A stretch of 61,485 nucleotides of DNA, filler included, from Globobulimina sp. (taxonomy: Eukaryota): assembly GCA_003354225.1 (NCBI GenBank). It is 24 parts of 24 records of this genome, joined end to end, with 100 filler letters (N's around TTAATTAATTAA, not from the genome) between each part and the next. Parts side by side here need not be neighbours in the genome. Positions count along the whole stretch, not along the records: positions 46,199 to 48,663 come from PIVH01006540.1; positions 48,764 to 51,228 come from PIVH01006541.1; positions 51,329 to 53,793 come from PIVH01006542.1; positions 53,894 to 56,357 come from PIVH01006543.1; positions 56,458 to 58,921 come from PIVH01006544.1; 19 more parts are not named here. One strand, given 5' to 3'. Position 1 is the stretch's first letter, and each line of letters starts with the position of its first letter. Shown here piece by piece: positions 46,199 to 58,537 of this stretch. The notes beneath the pieces are model-generated. The model was not told where the DNA came from, did not search any database, and saw only the letters and a program-made list of their open reading frames with translations. Position numbers and translations under genes: made by a program.

Positions 46199-48317
46199 AC
46201 AGCGCAAATGCTAGGAATAAAATAATCATTATTTCAAAGAATGTGGCGATATCAGACATCATGCGAAATATCATTGTGACCATTGGACCTAAAGAATGTG
46301 ACAAAATACAAAAATTCACAATTCGTAACCATAGTGTTATGGTTGCAATGCCCCATAGAATGACAAATATTGTATTTAAATTGGATGTGGACCAACATGG
46401 TGCACCATTTTCATCCACTTCGTCACCACAATCAGGTCCAGTGAGTAATGCATATAACCTGAAATAAATAGATGCTACAAATACTATAGATATTAATGTA
46501 TCGAAATAATTTTGGGGGTCTGAGAAATATTGTTTCAGGCCTTCTGAAATTAAGCTTTGTAGCTCTGTTATGTTATACATGTTGGTATTTGCAAACAAAT
46601 ATATATATTCCACATACCATTTGTAACATATCCAGCATTGAATAACCTGTATATATTGTACTTGTTAATATGTTCACAATTTAATCACAATGACCTCAAA
46701 ACTGACAGCTTTTATTTAGCCGTTTCTCGGATTTATAACGTTGAAATACATTATGTGTACATATGAAAAACAGAGAAACATATTTCAGAAACTGCCGGTT
46801 TTAAAATGTGAATTACGACATACCAAAATACAATTTCTTGATTGGACATTTCATCATAAACACGGAATTGCTGTACGGACAAATAAGTGAAGAGGCCCAA
46901 ATAAGCAAAATATAGAAATACTTCGACACAATAAGTACCCAACGGAGTAAAATAAAATTGAGGATAAAATAATTTCCTCCAAATAAGGGCTGAAGATAAC
47001 GGATCAATTTGGAAGGCTTCGTCTCGATTCCTTGGCCTTAAGAATTCAAAATCGTTCATGACCGACGTGGTTATACGCTCAATACGTTGACCAGTCACAA
47101 ATTTTGTCAATTCGAAATCCAACGCCATGTCCATTGCGCTCATCCCTTCGATATCAGATTTCACCTCCAATATTACTGTGGCCATATGATCAGATTCAAG
47201 TAAGTCTAAATAATCAAAAGCTGCATCAATAAAACTATCAGACACACCTTCAAAAACATGCCCTCGCGCTACATCATATGCTGCGATATCAAGAAACCAT
47301 TTAGACATTCTCAATGATGCACAAATGGGATATTGTGAACCAATAACAATGTTTTGAGCCACTAAAATATTAATTTTTTAATATATTTTTATATATAATA
47401 TACAGAAACATACATTCGTCCAATTTATCCGCATCAAATCTAGTTAGATCAAATTTATATCGATCCAGCAATTCAATGGCGACATTACCCGGCGTCAATT
47501 CAGCCACTTTGTTGAATAATAGCCAAATGGCTTTGGTTTGCATGGAGGTTAAGACAGATACGATGACAAACCACCATATCACACAATCGTTATAGACATT
47601 AAAATCTAATAATAATTCGTCGACATCTTTTTTTTGTACTCGTTCAACATTTTCATGATAATGCAAATATACTTCGGCGATTGTCACAGAAACGCCTAAT
47701 TCTTCAGATATGATGAAGGTGGTCGGCAATTTAGCATTGGTATCTACATAATTTTCAATCCATAAGATACGATCCCATTTTTCAATGAAAATCTGGATTC
47801 TTCGCTTCATTTCAACCACGTCATTGATGGTGGTGTCTTTTTCTGTAAAATCAGAAGATGTGGACTCATTTGCGACTAATTGCAATTTGGTTAATTCACG
47901 AAAAAATTTATCAATAATTGGGGAGTTTTCAGCTTCTTCAATGGAGGGAATTTTTAATTTTTCGCCGGCTTTATATGCTCCGGCATCATCAAATAATTTA
48001 TTTAAAGTCACACTTAATAATTCAACGCCTTGTGTCCCTTCTTTGTCTGTGGCTCCTTCAGCAAATACAACAATCATCGTTGATAATCCTTTTTGAGTCA
48101 ACCATTTTTGCACTTGTTCCCATTCCCAATGTTTGGGATTACCTCCGACGGCGTCGCCTGTACTTATTGTCACAAAGGCCGCGGTATTGGTCATGGTCAT
48201 TGTGTGTGTGTTTGTGATGGAGTCACGACTAATTGATATTGCATCGCTGTCAGAGTCATATGATTTGATGGCCGTCAGGCCAATATGCTGTGACAAATTG
48301 GTTTTCGCACCATCCAT
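46199..48317 (-). CDS. TRP-type cation channel with N-terminal SAM-like domain, multi-exon, 3'-partial
   Basis: NPKHWEWEQVQKWL (SAM-like), FYFTP, spliced ELQSLISEGLKQYFSDPQNYFD, and LWLRIVNF...LGPMVTMIFRMMSDIATF (S4-S5 linker). Confidence 0.8.
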
Positions 48318-48869
48318 TTGTGCGTGTAGTGGTCAGTGTAGCTGTTGGGAGGATGGTAAAATGGTTATGGTTTTTTTTTCCTAGTGGTGTTAAAAACTGA
48401 ATATGCAAGCAATCATTCTTCAAAATACAAAGTTATCAATAATTATTAGCTCGATAGTAGCTAATTTTCATTGTGGTGATCGGACTTCAACTTTTGGAGT
48501 TAATCGCTCACCACAATAACTTAGCTCAATAGTTGTGTCTGCAGTGCACTAAAAGCGCAACATTGTGACGCCACATCTGTGGCGTCTGTTGTTTGATACT
48601 TTGCGTGTGGGATACGAATAGACATCAAACATTCGTGTTTTACATTTATGAAAAACAAGAATTNNNNNNNNNNNNNNNNNNNNNNNNNNNNNNNNNNNNN
48701 NNNNNNNTTAATTAATTAANNNNNNNNNNNNNNNNNNNNNNNNNNNNNNNNNNNNNNNNNNNNCGAGCATTCAGGTTTTCGAGCTTATTCGCAGTATTCA
48801 AGGATTCAAGGATTCAGATTCGAGGATTCGAAAAACCTTGAGATTCACCGAGTCAATTCAAGGGATTCA

Positions 48870-49182
48870 GTGTTCATCACTGCTTGTAATTGTAATTGGA
48901 ATTGGTGGCTTTAGTTTGATTATCACAGTAATTATTTTGATTGAACGTAAAAGAAATAAAAAGGCAGTGGCTGCAGCTGTGACTGCACGAGGAAGGACAA
49001 TATATTCCAAAGTGCATAAAACACATAAAACAGAATTCGAAGAAGATTCGGAGGATGAAGTGAGTTGTTCGGAGGATGAAACGGAGAGTGATTCGCATGA
49101 CCAAGAGGCAGAGGCAGAATTACAAAAGTTTATGGATGAGGATGTTGTAATAAATGACATTCATTATGATGATATTTATTGA
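48870..49182 (+). CDS. 3' end of a single-pass membrane protein with acidic tail
   Basis: TM LLVIVIGIGGFSLIITVIILI, basic stop-transfer ERKRNKK, and an acidic tail. Confidence 0.45.
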
Positions 49183-49506
49183 GTGCCTTTGTGTTTACGT
49201 TTTTGTTTTGTGTTTACGTTTGTTTTCAGTTTGTATTCTATATATTTTTATAAATATTTTATCTCTATTTTTTCCTTTTTATATTATTTTTTTTCGCTAG
49301 TAATTATAATTTTTATTATTTTTAATTTGTGTTTGATGTTTTGTGCTTTCATGCATTCTATTTTTCCTTTTTATAATATTTTTTTTCGCAATACTATATG
49401 ATTAAATCCTAAACATCACCATATGTATAAAAGCATACACAGCACGTATTCTGTAGCAAGCTGCCATGATTGAGGTGAATGTTTTTTTTTAAGTACTTTA
49501 AAAACA

Positions 49507-51228
49507 ATGACGAATATTACTCCAACAATGAAATTTTATTTGACATATTCGGTGACGGAGGCACGCAAACATAAATGTAATACCTGTTTGGGAGTATGTT
49601 CAGTGTTTATGGTGGTTGTTATTGCCGCATTATGTTACACTTTGGTGGATAACTCAGCCGTTGTTTTTTTGCGGCAAGCGGAGCAAAAATTTGGTGAATA
49701 TGATGTGTTAATACAGCCTTCAATTGGACCATTTTTTAATTATTCATTAATTGCATCCATTTTAAATGGCAATGGAATGAATTACCATTCCCCGCGATTG
49801 CTATATAATAACTCAATCAATTATTTATTTTCAGCAAATTGTTCAATGCATTTTAATATCAATAATTATAACGAGATGGATGTGTATGATAAGGAGGGAT
49901 GCAATGAGATAATGACAAATAATACGCATTGCAATCAGCAAAGTGGTAATCTGCTTCGATCATTTTCATTTTGGTTAATTGACTTTGCAAAGGAAAATGA
50001 TATGGATTTTGGTCGAAACTTTAAACAAAAATATCAAAATAAAAAAGTGAACGCAAATGATATAATCATCGCAGATTCGATAGCGACAAAATTGAATTTA
50101 AAAGTTGGTGATATGATTTATTTGATGTTGCCGCTCAATGACTTATCAATGCCGATATTACAGAATTACATTCAACACTTATTTGTTAAAAATGGCTATG
50201 ATTTGGATGCAGAGAACAACACAGATTTGAATGAAATATTAGCAATCATAGAAAACCAATGTACTGCAAATATAATTCCTGTTAAAATATCAATGATATC
50301 AAATGATAAAAGTTTGGGTGGAAAGTTCTCCGAAACAAAAACGCGGTGGAATGCTATTATGGACATTACAGATTTTTTGCAATTATATTTGAATAGTTTG
50401 CCACCAATGCTTGTGAATAAAATGAATGAATTGGAATATGATGGAATGGATGGCAGCCACTATGATTTTGCGAATAGAATATATATAAATTTAGGCGAAA
50501 ACCGTGTTGAATCGTATCTGAGCACAAATTATCAAAAGATACAAAAGATTTTAGTTGGTTTCACTTCCAAAGTCTCATATTATTTGGGTTGGATTGAATT
50601 GAATATCGACTTAGATTTATTACAATCAATGCACAGCTCATCGCAGGTAATGTTATCATTGGGAGTTGTTTTAGATATTATCATTTTTGTATTGATTATT
50701 TTGTCCATTTTATTATTGTACTCGTTATTGGTCATTTCAATCGCATCCAAGACATTTACAATGGGCATTTTCCGAATGTTGGGCATGTCGCGAACTAATT
50801 TAATTCTTTTATTAGAATCGCAATCATTGACATATAGCATTCCAGCATGGGCTTTGGGACTGATTGCAGCGCAAATTGGCGCTATTTATGTGTTGGGATT
50901 GTTGGGAGAAAGCAGTAATATTAATTTGCCCACATTATTAACGCCGACATCTATCATTATCGCCACAGCAATCGGTATTGGAATGAGTTTGGTAGCCTCC
51001 ATCTTACCAATAAAAGCCGCATTGGCCAAAACATTACAGTCCTCATTGGATATCTATCATAGTCAGACCAATGCTGTTCAATTCAATATAAATAGAGCTG
51101 ATGGCACGCATTTTCTGTGGGATGTCTGTTTTATTTGTTTGGTAATCACAATATTTGGTTGGCTCATTTATTATTTCTTGCCGCAATCGATAATCAGTGG
51201 CAATTTACAGTTATTCGCAGTCATGTTA
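49507..51228 (+). CDS. FtsX/MacB-type permease-domain membrane protein (protist type), 3'-partial
   Basis: N-terminal TM and large lumenal domain, then LLYSLL...KTFTMGIFRMLGM...ESQSL...SILPIKAAL. Confidence 0.85.
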
Positions 51229-51330
51229 NNNNNNNNNNNNNNNNNNNNNNNNNNNNNNNNNNNNNNNNNNNNTTAATTAATTAANNNNNNNNNNNNNNNN
51301 NNNNNNNNNNNNNNNNNNNNNNNNNNNNGT

Positions 51331-52009
51331 ACATTGTCATTACTACTCACTCTGACCGCGTATGCGCTATTTCGTCACAACCAAAGTGTCTCGACAAAGA
51401 ACAATCGCATCAATAAAAACGCCATACTCCCATTGTACCAGAAATTGTTATTATTTTACATACTCTCCGTCACATTCACCTTATTCTTATGGTGCCTGGA
51501 ATATAGCTTTGATTCCTGTTGGACCTCTCAGAGCAAATACTGGTGGCTCACCATATTATGTGCCTTCCAGACATCGCTCAAACGCTTTTTCGAATTATTC
51601 ATCGCATTATTTATCTCAGGAAAGTCGTCCGGTCTCATTGCCATAAAACAATGGTACTATTATTATCCATATTATGGTACTGTTGCTGCCATCATTGGTT
51701 GCGAATGTCTTGGAATCATTGTATATAATCTCATGGCTTATGGTTCGCCTCTCCAGGCTCTCCTTCGATGGATAATGTTTGGGAATATCCATTGGCGACT
51801 TACTGGGAATCATCATAATTCCAATCTTAATTATTTATGTCATTAGAGCTGATTCCTATTTTTGGCGTACTATATTCCAACGACTTTCTGCATCGACGAG
51901 GATTACCAAATCATTTGGTGGAAGCCGCAAATCTCTCCAACAACTTTCCACTCGATGTACGCAGGCTTATTTTATACTTTTCCCTCTACAAAACACGTTT
52001 TTATACTGA
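51331..52009 (+). CDS. Multi-pass membrane protein, 5'-partial, with an apparent frameshift near 51780
   Basis: Hydrophobic ORF 51334..51846 loses TM character after WIMFG, while frame 51779..52009 continues it (ISIGDLLGIIIIPILIIYVIRADSYFW). Confidence 0.45.
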
Positions 52010-52183
52010 CATAAAGACATTCATAAAAATATTCATAAATTCATAAAAATATCTATGGCCATTCGCCATACATCCAAATCACATCGATCTTAAAAATGTA
52101 ATAATATCCTATCCTGTCCTACCTATCCTATGCTATACTATCCTAACTTATCTGATTTGAATATTGTATGATTATGAGTTCTC

Positions 52184-52234
52184 GCAGCTGAAACACCTGA
52201 CATTTTGATTCAAAATGTCAGGTGTTTCAGCTGC
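52184..52234. repeat. Perfect palindrome, 25-bp arms with a 1-nt centre
   Basis: GCAGCTGAAACACCTGACATTTTGA-T-TCAAAATGTCAGGTGTTTCAGCTGC. Confidence 0.95.
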
Positions 52235-52266
52235 AATTGTCTGATTATGAGTTATAAAACTGCAAA

Positions 52267-52746
52267 ATGTGTCCACCCGAGTGGACAGATTTCGCAAATA
52301 TGAATGCTATCTTATCATATACAGGTTGGTCCCAGCCATCTCGTCCACGCGCGCAACATCGATATGATATCCATCGTGATGCTGCGTTTACATTTGATCC
52401 AGAAGAGGCAGCAGATAATAATGAAGAGAAACATATATTTGTAGGTCAAGGTGTTGGCGGCCAGATTATTGAAAGATTGGTGCAGATTATTAAACAAAAG
52501 CACAAAATGCAGAAGATTTTAGAATTATGGTACGCGAGGAGAGTGGTTTTGTTGAAGGCGCTGGGCGGGAAAGATAAAATTCAAAATTATCGTGTGCCTA
52601 CGGAGAATATGTTATTTTTGATTATGTTGTCGGTGGCAGCCTCATTAGTATTTGAGCAGGCGAAAGAATATCGGGTATCGTTTGAACCGGATGGACTCGG
52701 AGCGCATCCGTTCATCAAAGGATTGCGCAAATATGTAATGTTTTGA
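52267..52746 (+). CDS. Orphan 159-aa ORF; may extend to 52832 via a frameshift or small intron
   Basis: ATG-initiated ORF with higher GC than its flanks. Another frame continues as REEYDIKDYVRIKKTMSERVFEKLRDRK*. Confidence 0.5.
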   Translation: MCPPEWTDFANMNAILSYTGWSQPSRPRAQHRYDIHRDAAFTFDPEEAADNNEEKHIFVGQGVGGQIIERLVQIIKQKHKMQKILELWYARRVVLLKALGGKDKIQNYRVPTENMLFLIMLSVAASLVFEQAKEYRVSFEPDGLGAHPFIKGLRKYVMF

Positions 52747-54000
52747 GGGAGGAATATGACATTAAGGATTATGTTCGCATTAAAAAAACAATGTCCGAGC
52801 GAGTATTTGAGAAATTAAGGGATCGAAAATAAATGTCAATTTGTTCAAAATGTCCTACGTGAACTCATAATCAGCATAAATTAGATACAATTGTGTTCCG
52901 GATACGATGTACATATAGGATCGAATAATATATATATTATTTGAGATAATTGGCAAGGGATAATATGAAAATGATAATAGATTTATTCTGTGATAATATA
53001 TAGAAATAAAAATAAAACTTGTGTGTTGATAAGAGTGAAAATATAGTTTTGAAATTATTAGAAATGTATAAAGAGATAGATTTGATGATTATGGAAACTG
53101 TGAATTTTGAAATAAAACTCATCCAATTTCATTACATGAATTTATAAAGAAATGGTATGACAGAAATAATAATTTGAAATGTTATAGAATTGTTGGAAGA
53201 TAGAATTATGGAATAAAACCAAAAAAAGAATTATGTCTAATATCAAAATCAACGAATTAAATCAAAGAATCAATCAAAACATGCAAATCAAATCATAATC
53301 AAAAGATGCAAATAATTATTGAAAATCAAATATAATCAATGCAAATTCAAGCAAAACAACACACAATTTACAAATCACAATGCATTCTATCAATACAAAT
53401 AATTCACACTGATTTCCAAATATTAAAAGCAAAAAGCGAATAAATGCATCATTTCAAGTTTTAAAAGCAAAAAGCTCGAACAAAACAAATAATAATATTG
53501 TTACAATTAAATATGAATTACAGCACGTAATTGTTAGATATTCCAAATTACATTGAGAAAGAGAAGGAGATGAAATGGCCATCAACCATTTAGAGAGTTT
53601 GTCCAATGATACTAAACTGGGCCACATTGAAACTGTATCATCGCAAATACTTTAGATCAGAATTTCACATATTAGCAAGTACACTGAACTTAAGTAGTCT
53701 AAATATAAATACGTGCGTAGAGCACGCCCTTACGCACCACCAGTCGTCTAAAAATAAATACTTTCCTAATACTAAATTTTCTGAATCAATATANNNNNNN
53801 NNNNNNNNNNNNNNNNNNNNNNNNNNNNNNNNNNNNNTTAATTAATTAANNNNNNNNNNNNNNNNNNNNNNNNNNNNNNNNNNNNNNNNNNNNACCTGCA
53901 GCTATGATTGGGCCAATTCCGTGGTGGTGATTCCTGGCAGCTCGCTCACACCGATACACTTCCTTATTATTGTATAATTAAATAATTAAGTAATTAATTA

Positions 54001-54036
54001 AATAGATAAATAAATAGATAGATAGATAGATAGACA
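54001..54036. repeat. (TAAA)/(TAGA)n microsatellite
   Basis: AATAGATAAATAAATAGATAGATAGATAGATAGACA. Confidence 0.8.
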
Positions 54037-54517
54037 CAGAATAATAATGTGTGCACTTGAGAAGATACAATAAATTGTCCTCATCCCAACTTTGAATTTG
54101 AGATTTAAAGCACATGAGGTGCAATTCAATTAACATTCATCACAACATTGCAAAGGCACATGTGAAGCGATAACAAAATGTGCAAATCACTCAAAATTGC
54201 AGTATCAACAAATAAATGTGCGTTTGATGCTGAGTATTGAACTCAAATCTCCTCTGTAAAAGAGGCGCTTTGCTTTAAGCTACATCAAACAAACATTAAC
54301 TCCACCATCCTATCGATCTCATTGCATACTTTGTACAATGGCCATTGCGTCGAGAATTTTGGGCGCCATCTCATTGTTGGTTGGTTGGCCTGTGCCAATG
54401 GCGAGTGAGAGTGTTCTGATCAAGTAGCCATGCTTTGGTTAAGTGGTCTACAAAATGTGGATGATGAAAAAAAGTTAAAGTGAGCTGAAAATGAAAATGA
54501 AAATGAAAAAATGACAG

Positions 54518-56357
54518 TTATGGATCTTCATAAAACCCTTTAACTAATTTCAATGATTTGGTTATTGTGCACGCGGGTAACCATTCTTTATCATATTCAA
54601 ATTGGATTAAATACATTTGTTTTTCAATTTTGTTGTGGTGATAAAGCTTCCTAGCAATAATCTTTCCTTTCCACCAAACTAAAAATTCCGACATTGAACA
54701 ATAAAAAATGTCCTCATCCATCTGAAACAACCAACCACTGCGGGGATTTTCCTTTGATACGATTTGTTGGGCATTCATGTATTGCACACATTCTGCAGAG
54801 TATAAGTCAGTAAATCTATTAGCCTCACAATCACCCAACATTTCGTTAGCCAACCCTTCAATATCATTTTTGTTATCACAGCAAATAGTAACCGCCCTCA
54901 ATGCTTTTTTTTGAGTGTCTTTCATATTGATGTCTGTATTATAGATTGTTAATAATACTTTTGATCTAAATTTATCGCCGTCTACCTCTTCTATTACGTC
55001 GCTTTTTCCTTTTTCAATAATATATAAATGTGACCAATTCGCTCTACCCTGCGCATACAATGCAAATGCCTTTCTTGGAGACTCATTAATTATTTCAACT
55101 ATTTTTTCCATTTCCATCTCTTGAACAGACGCAACGTGCTTTGTTTCCATATAGCAATTTGGAGATCCACATAGATCAAATTGAAATCCATCATATATAT
55201 CAATGCTATCAGCTAAATCTAATAAATGTCGGAGAGGGGTATTCACTAAATGCTTTGACATCAATGCAGGAATATCGTACTTCCATCCAGTCAGTATTGA
55301 TACTAATATAGTTCCTCCGACAATAGAGCAGGTGGCAAGGCCATTTTGTATCGGTATATAGTTTATCAATTGGTGATTGAGTCTCAGCTGTCCTTTAAAA
55401 TGATCAATCCCTCCAGTTACGCTATTAATCATTAAATTATTTAACTTTTTTAATGTGATTGTTCTTTGAATATTAACATTCATTGCCAACCTTGGAAAAT
55501 TGGATAATTTGGTAATGAGAGAATTGTAAGTGTTAATTGTGCCATCGCCATGCTGCTGATAGTCACGCAAGGTATTATAGCGGCCTTTGATAGAATTTGA
55601 TGACATTGGGATGGAAGTTTGCCTTTTTTCTTGAATATCTAATATTTTCTCAAACAATCTGTTTGCATTTCGCTGTGTTTTGAGTATCGTTGTAATATTG
55701 ATACCATTGCGAATAGTCTTTGATTTTATAGACTTTAATTCTTTATCATATTTAATAGACATTAATTCTTGTTTTTGCATCATTTTGGTCATTAATTCTT
55801 GAGTGTCAATGCTCGATTGTTGTAAATTTGAAAGTGAGTTTTGAATGACACCAACTTTGTCTTTAATTTCAAATATGGCTGCATCCACTCGATGCAATCG
55901 TTCTGCCCATTCTATGCTTAGCAAATCATCATTAAGTTTATGCCATTCCTTAAATTGTGATATAATCCCTTTCAACATATTATACTGTGTATTTTTATGT
56001 CCACCCTGCATAGCCTCGCGTAATGTGATCTCTGCTTTCATGATTGATATCTTCAGTTGACGACTGCGTGGCCCATTGGTTGCGACATATAGCCAATATT
56101 CTAATAATTTTTCCGCAGTATCAAACTTTTTAATGTCACCAGCGTGCCAAACGAATTTACCACGATCAAGGCTTATGCCACAACATAGATTTATACCACC
56201 ATCTATATATTATTATCCGCAAATTTGCAGTGTTTCAAACATGTCCTATTCTAAAGTGTATATATATATATATATATATTGAGTGCAAGGATAATTATAG
56301 TTTAGACCTGTCTTTTTGGGATCCCATCTCTGAGCTTTGCAGCTAATATTCTTGTTT
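54518..56357 (-). CDS. Hypothetical protein: coiled coil, possible papain-like Cys protease fold, Tudor-like C-terminus; 5'-partial and spliced
   Basis: ORF 54518..56041 extends to about 56202 and splices to an exon at the contig end. Motifs QNGLATC, SHLYII, IYNTD and WWKGKII...YLIQFEYDKEW. Confidence 0.5.
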
Positions 56358-56457
56358 NNNNNNNNNNNNNNNNNNNNNNNNNNNNNNNNNNNNNNNNNNN
56401 NTTAATTAATTAANNNNNNNNNNNNNNNNNNNNNNNNNNNNNNNNNNNNNNNNNNNN

Positions 56458-58537
56458 CTATTTTGCCGCAATCACCATTGAAACGCATGATGTCATATTG
56501 GATTTAAACGGATTTACTATGGCACAGAGTTTGGCATTTTTTCATCAGCAGCCTTCTTTTGCACTCATTGAGTTCATGTCTCAGGTACTTTTTTTTTGTT
56601 TGTGGTTGGAATATATATATTGTTTTACTTTTTACGTACAGCCATTTTTACCGAATCAAGGTCCAGGTTTTTTTGGTGCAGATCCGCAATTTGCAGCAAA
56701 TGTTATTATTAGAAATGGTGAAATTGGCAGGTCATCGCATCATGGAATTCATGGCACGAAAAATACAAATATCCGTATTGAAAATATTAAAATATCGAAT
56801 TTTATGACTCATGGAATTCAAATGAACGGCTACGATGGACTTTATTTAGAAAATGTAGAAATAGGACCCACGACAAATGAGGCATTTTTAAACCACAATT
56901 ATGCTCATTTACGAGTGCTGTTGCCATATTTAAATAAAATGGCGAATTTTGACGATGAACATCGAGAGAAAACAATTGCTTTTGATGCAACATTGCGAGC
57001 TGACAATGGCAGAGCTTATACGTTGAACGAATTGATTGAAATTGCAACAAATAAATTGGACAAAGTGTACAAATATGTCATGTCAGCTGATTTCGATGCG
57101 GATCATTTGCAAGAATTAATGGCAACAGATGACGATTTCAAATTATTTGTAAATGCAAATGGTTTGCCATATGGCGCTGTGGTGTATGGAGTGTATCTAA
57201 ATTATGCCGGTTCGGGTATATTTGGCTGGGATGTCTCTGATGGCCGCTCCACAGATTTGCATATTAAGAATCTGGACATTCATGATTTATATCACCACGG
57301 CCGCGAAGTAATTGGTTTAAGCAAAAATAAAAAGCGTTTTGTGGTGAATACATTGTTGGCTCCTTTGAATTTGGAGCATTTATTTGGTTCCAAAGCTGTC
57401 ATAAAAGAGTGGATCTATCATTGTTATAACCGAGAGGACGGCGTCGTGGTCGAGCCGCATTACAAAGGCAATATTGCCACGGATATTTATTTGGCAATGT
57501 TTAAGTTTGGCAGTGATAGGTTCGACGAATGGTGGTTGGGAGCACCGTATATTGGCTTAGTTGAACAGGTTAATATTATCAATTGGGCCGAAGGCAGAGA
57601 TATCGGTTTGATTATGAGCTCAGTCACCAAAGGCGGCGATTATTGGGAGCCGGTTTGTGCAATGGACGGGATGGTGCACCCTGGAAAAGGTTTGATTGGT
57701 CTCAAAATCACAAATGTGGATGATTTGGTGATTGAGGGCCATGTCAATGTATACAATTTATTTGACAGCACACCTTTGGGCGAAGAGGGAATTTGCATTT
57801 CACCTTCGAATCAAGTGTCTATTCCAAAAGTTATTGGCTCGGAACAGACTCCCTTTCAGATGGCATATAGCATGAACCAGATCTATGGAATCAGTGCGGA
57901 ATCGTCTTACATTGCGGCCAAAAGCAATGTGAATGTCAATGTGTATAATATTCGCTCACTAACTGGGAGAGTCTATGGTATTGCTAGTTGGTTCTCCACC
58001 AAATGGCATTTCAACACTCATTCAAACATAAAAGTGAATGACTTATTTGCAGGGATTGAGGTAAAAAAGGGAGAGTTTGAATATTTGAGTATGCCCAACC
58101 ATGCTCCAGAAGTTTGTGCCATGGGTATATGGAATGGGAAGACGGTCAATGTTGAAATTAAGATGATTGAGGATATGGATGATTATTACAATACAAATAC
58201 GCAGCAATTTTGCATAAATGGGCATTATGGCTGTTGGGGTGATACCGAGTCATATACCAATGTCAATTCTGTGTCTTCGAAAATATGTGAAATTCCATCA
58301 AACAGAAAACTACAAAATTCATTATATGCAAATGACAATGATGAAAATGAGGAAACTAACAAGAATCATAATAATTATGTTGATAACAATTTGAATTATT
58401 TAAATAAAGTAAATCTAACAAATTCCACATTAGTCATCATATTTTGTATTGTAATCGGAGTGGTTTTTATTGTTGTTATTAATATTCAATGTTTGGTGCG
58501 AAAGCATGATCAGTTTAAATATACCAGCCTTAAATAA
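56458..58537 (+). CDS. Right-handed beta-helix (pectin-lyase-like) repeat protein with C-terminal TM, 5'-partial (in-frame intron 56585-56641)
   Basis: DVILDLNGFT, NVIIRNGEIG..SHHGIHG..NIRIENIKISNF..HGIQMNG...LENVEIG repeats; TM LVIIFCIVIGVVFIVVINI. Confidence 0.7.

Larger units (their letters stand above)
52169..52874. mobile_element. Inverted-repeat-bounded ~700-bp unit carrying an orphan ORF
   Basis: Left TGATTATGAGTTCTCGCAG...GACATTTTGA versus right reverse complement CTGATTATGAGTTCACGTAGGACATTTTGA. A second left copy CTGATTATGAGTT starts at 52241. Confidence 0.55.

Noticed and set aside
46696..46806. Degenerate inverted repeat inside a TRP-gene intron
   Set aside because: Too many mismatches to distinguish from chance in AT-rich DNA by eye.
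52920..53793. Long AT-rich, strand-skewed tract with short ORFs
   Set aside because: Low-complexity non-coding DNA with no definable repeat unit or coding signal.
56585..56641. Apparent TM segment VLFFCLWLEYIYCFTFYVQ
   Set aside because: It is a 57-nt stop-free, T-rich GT-AG intron read through by the ORF caller.
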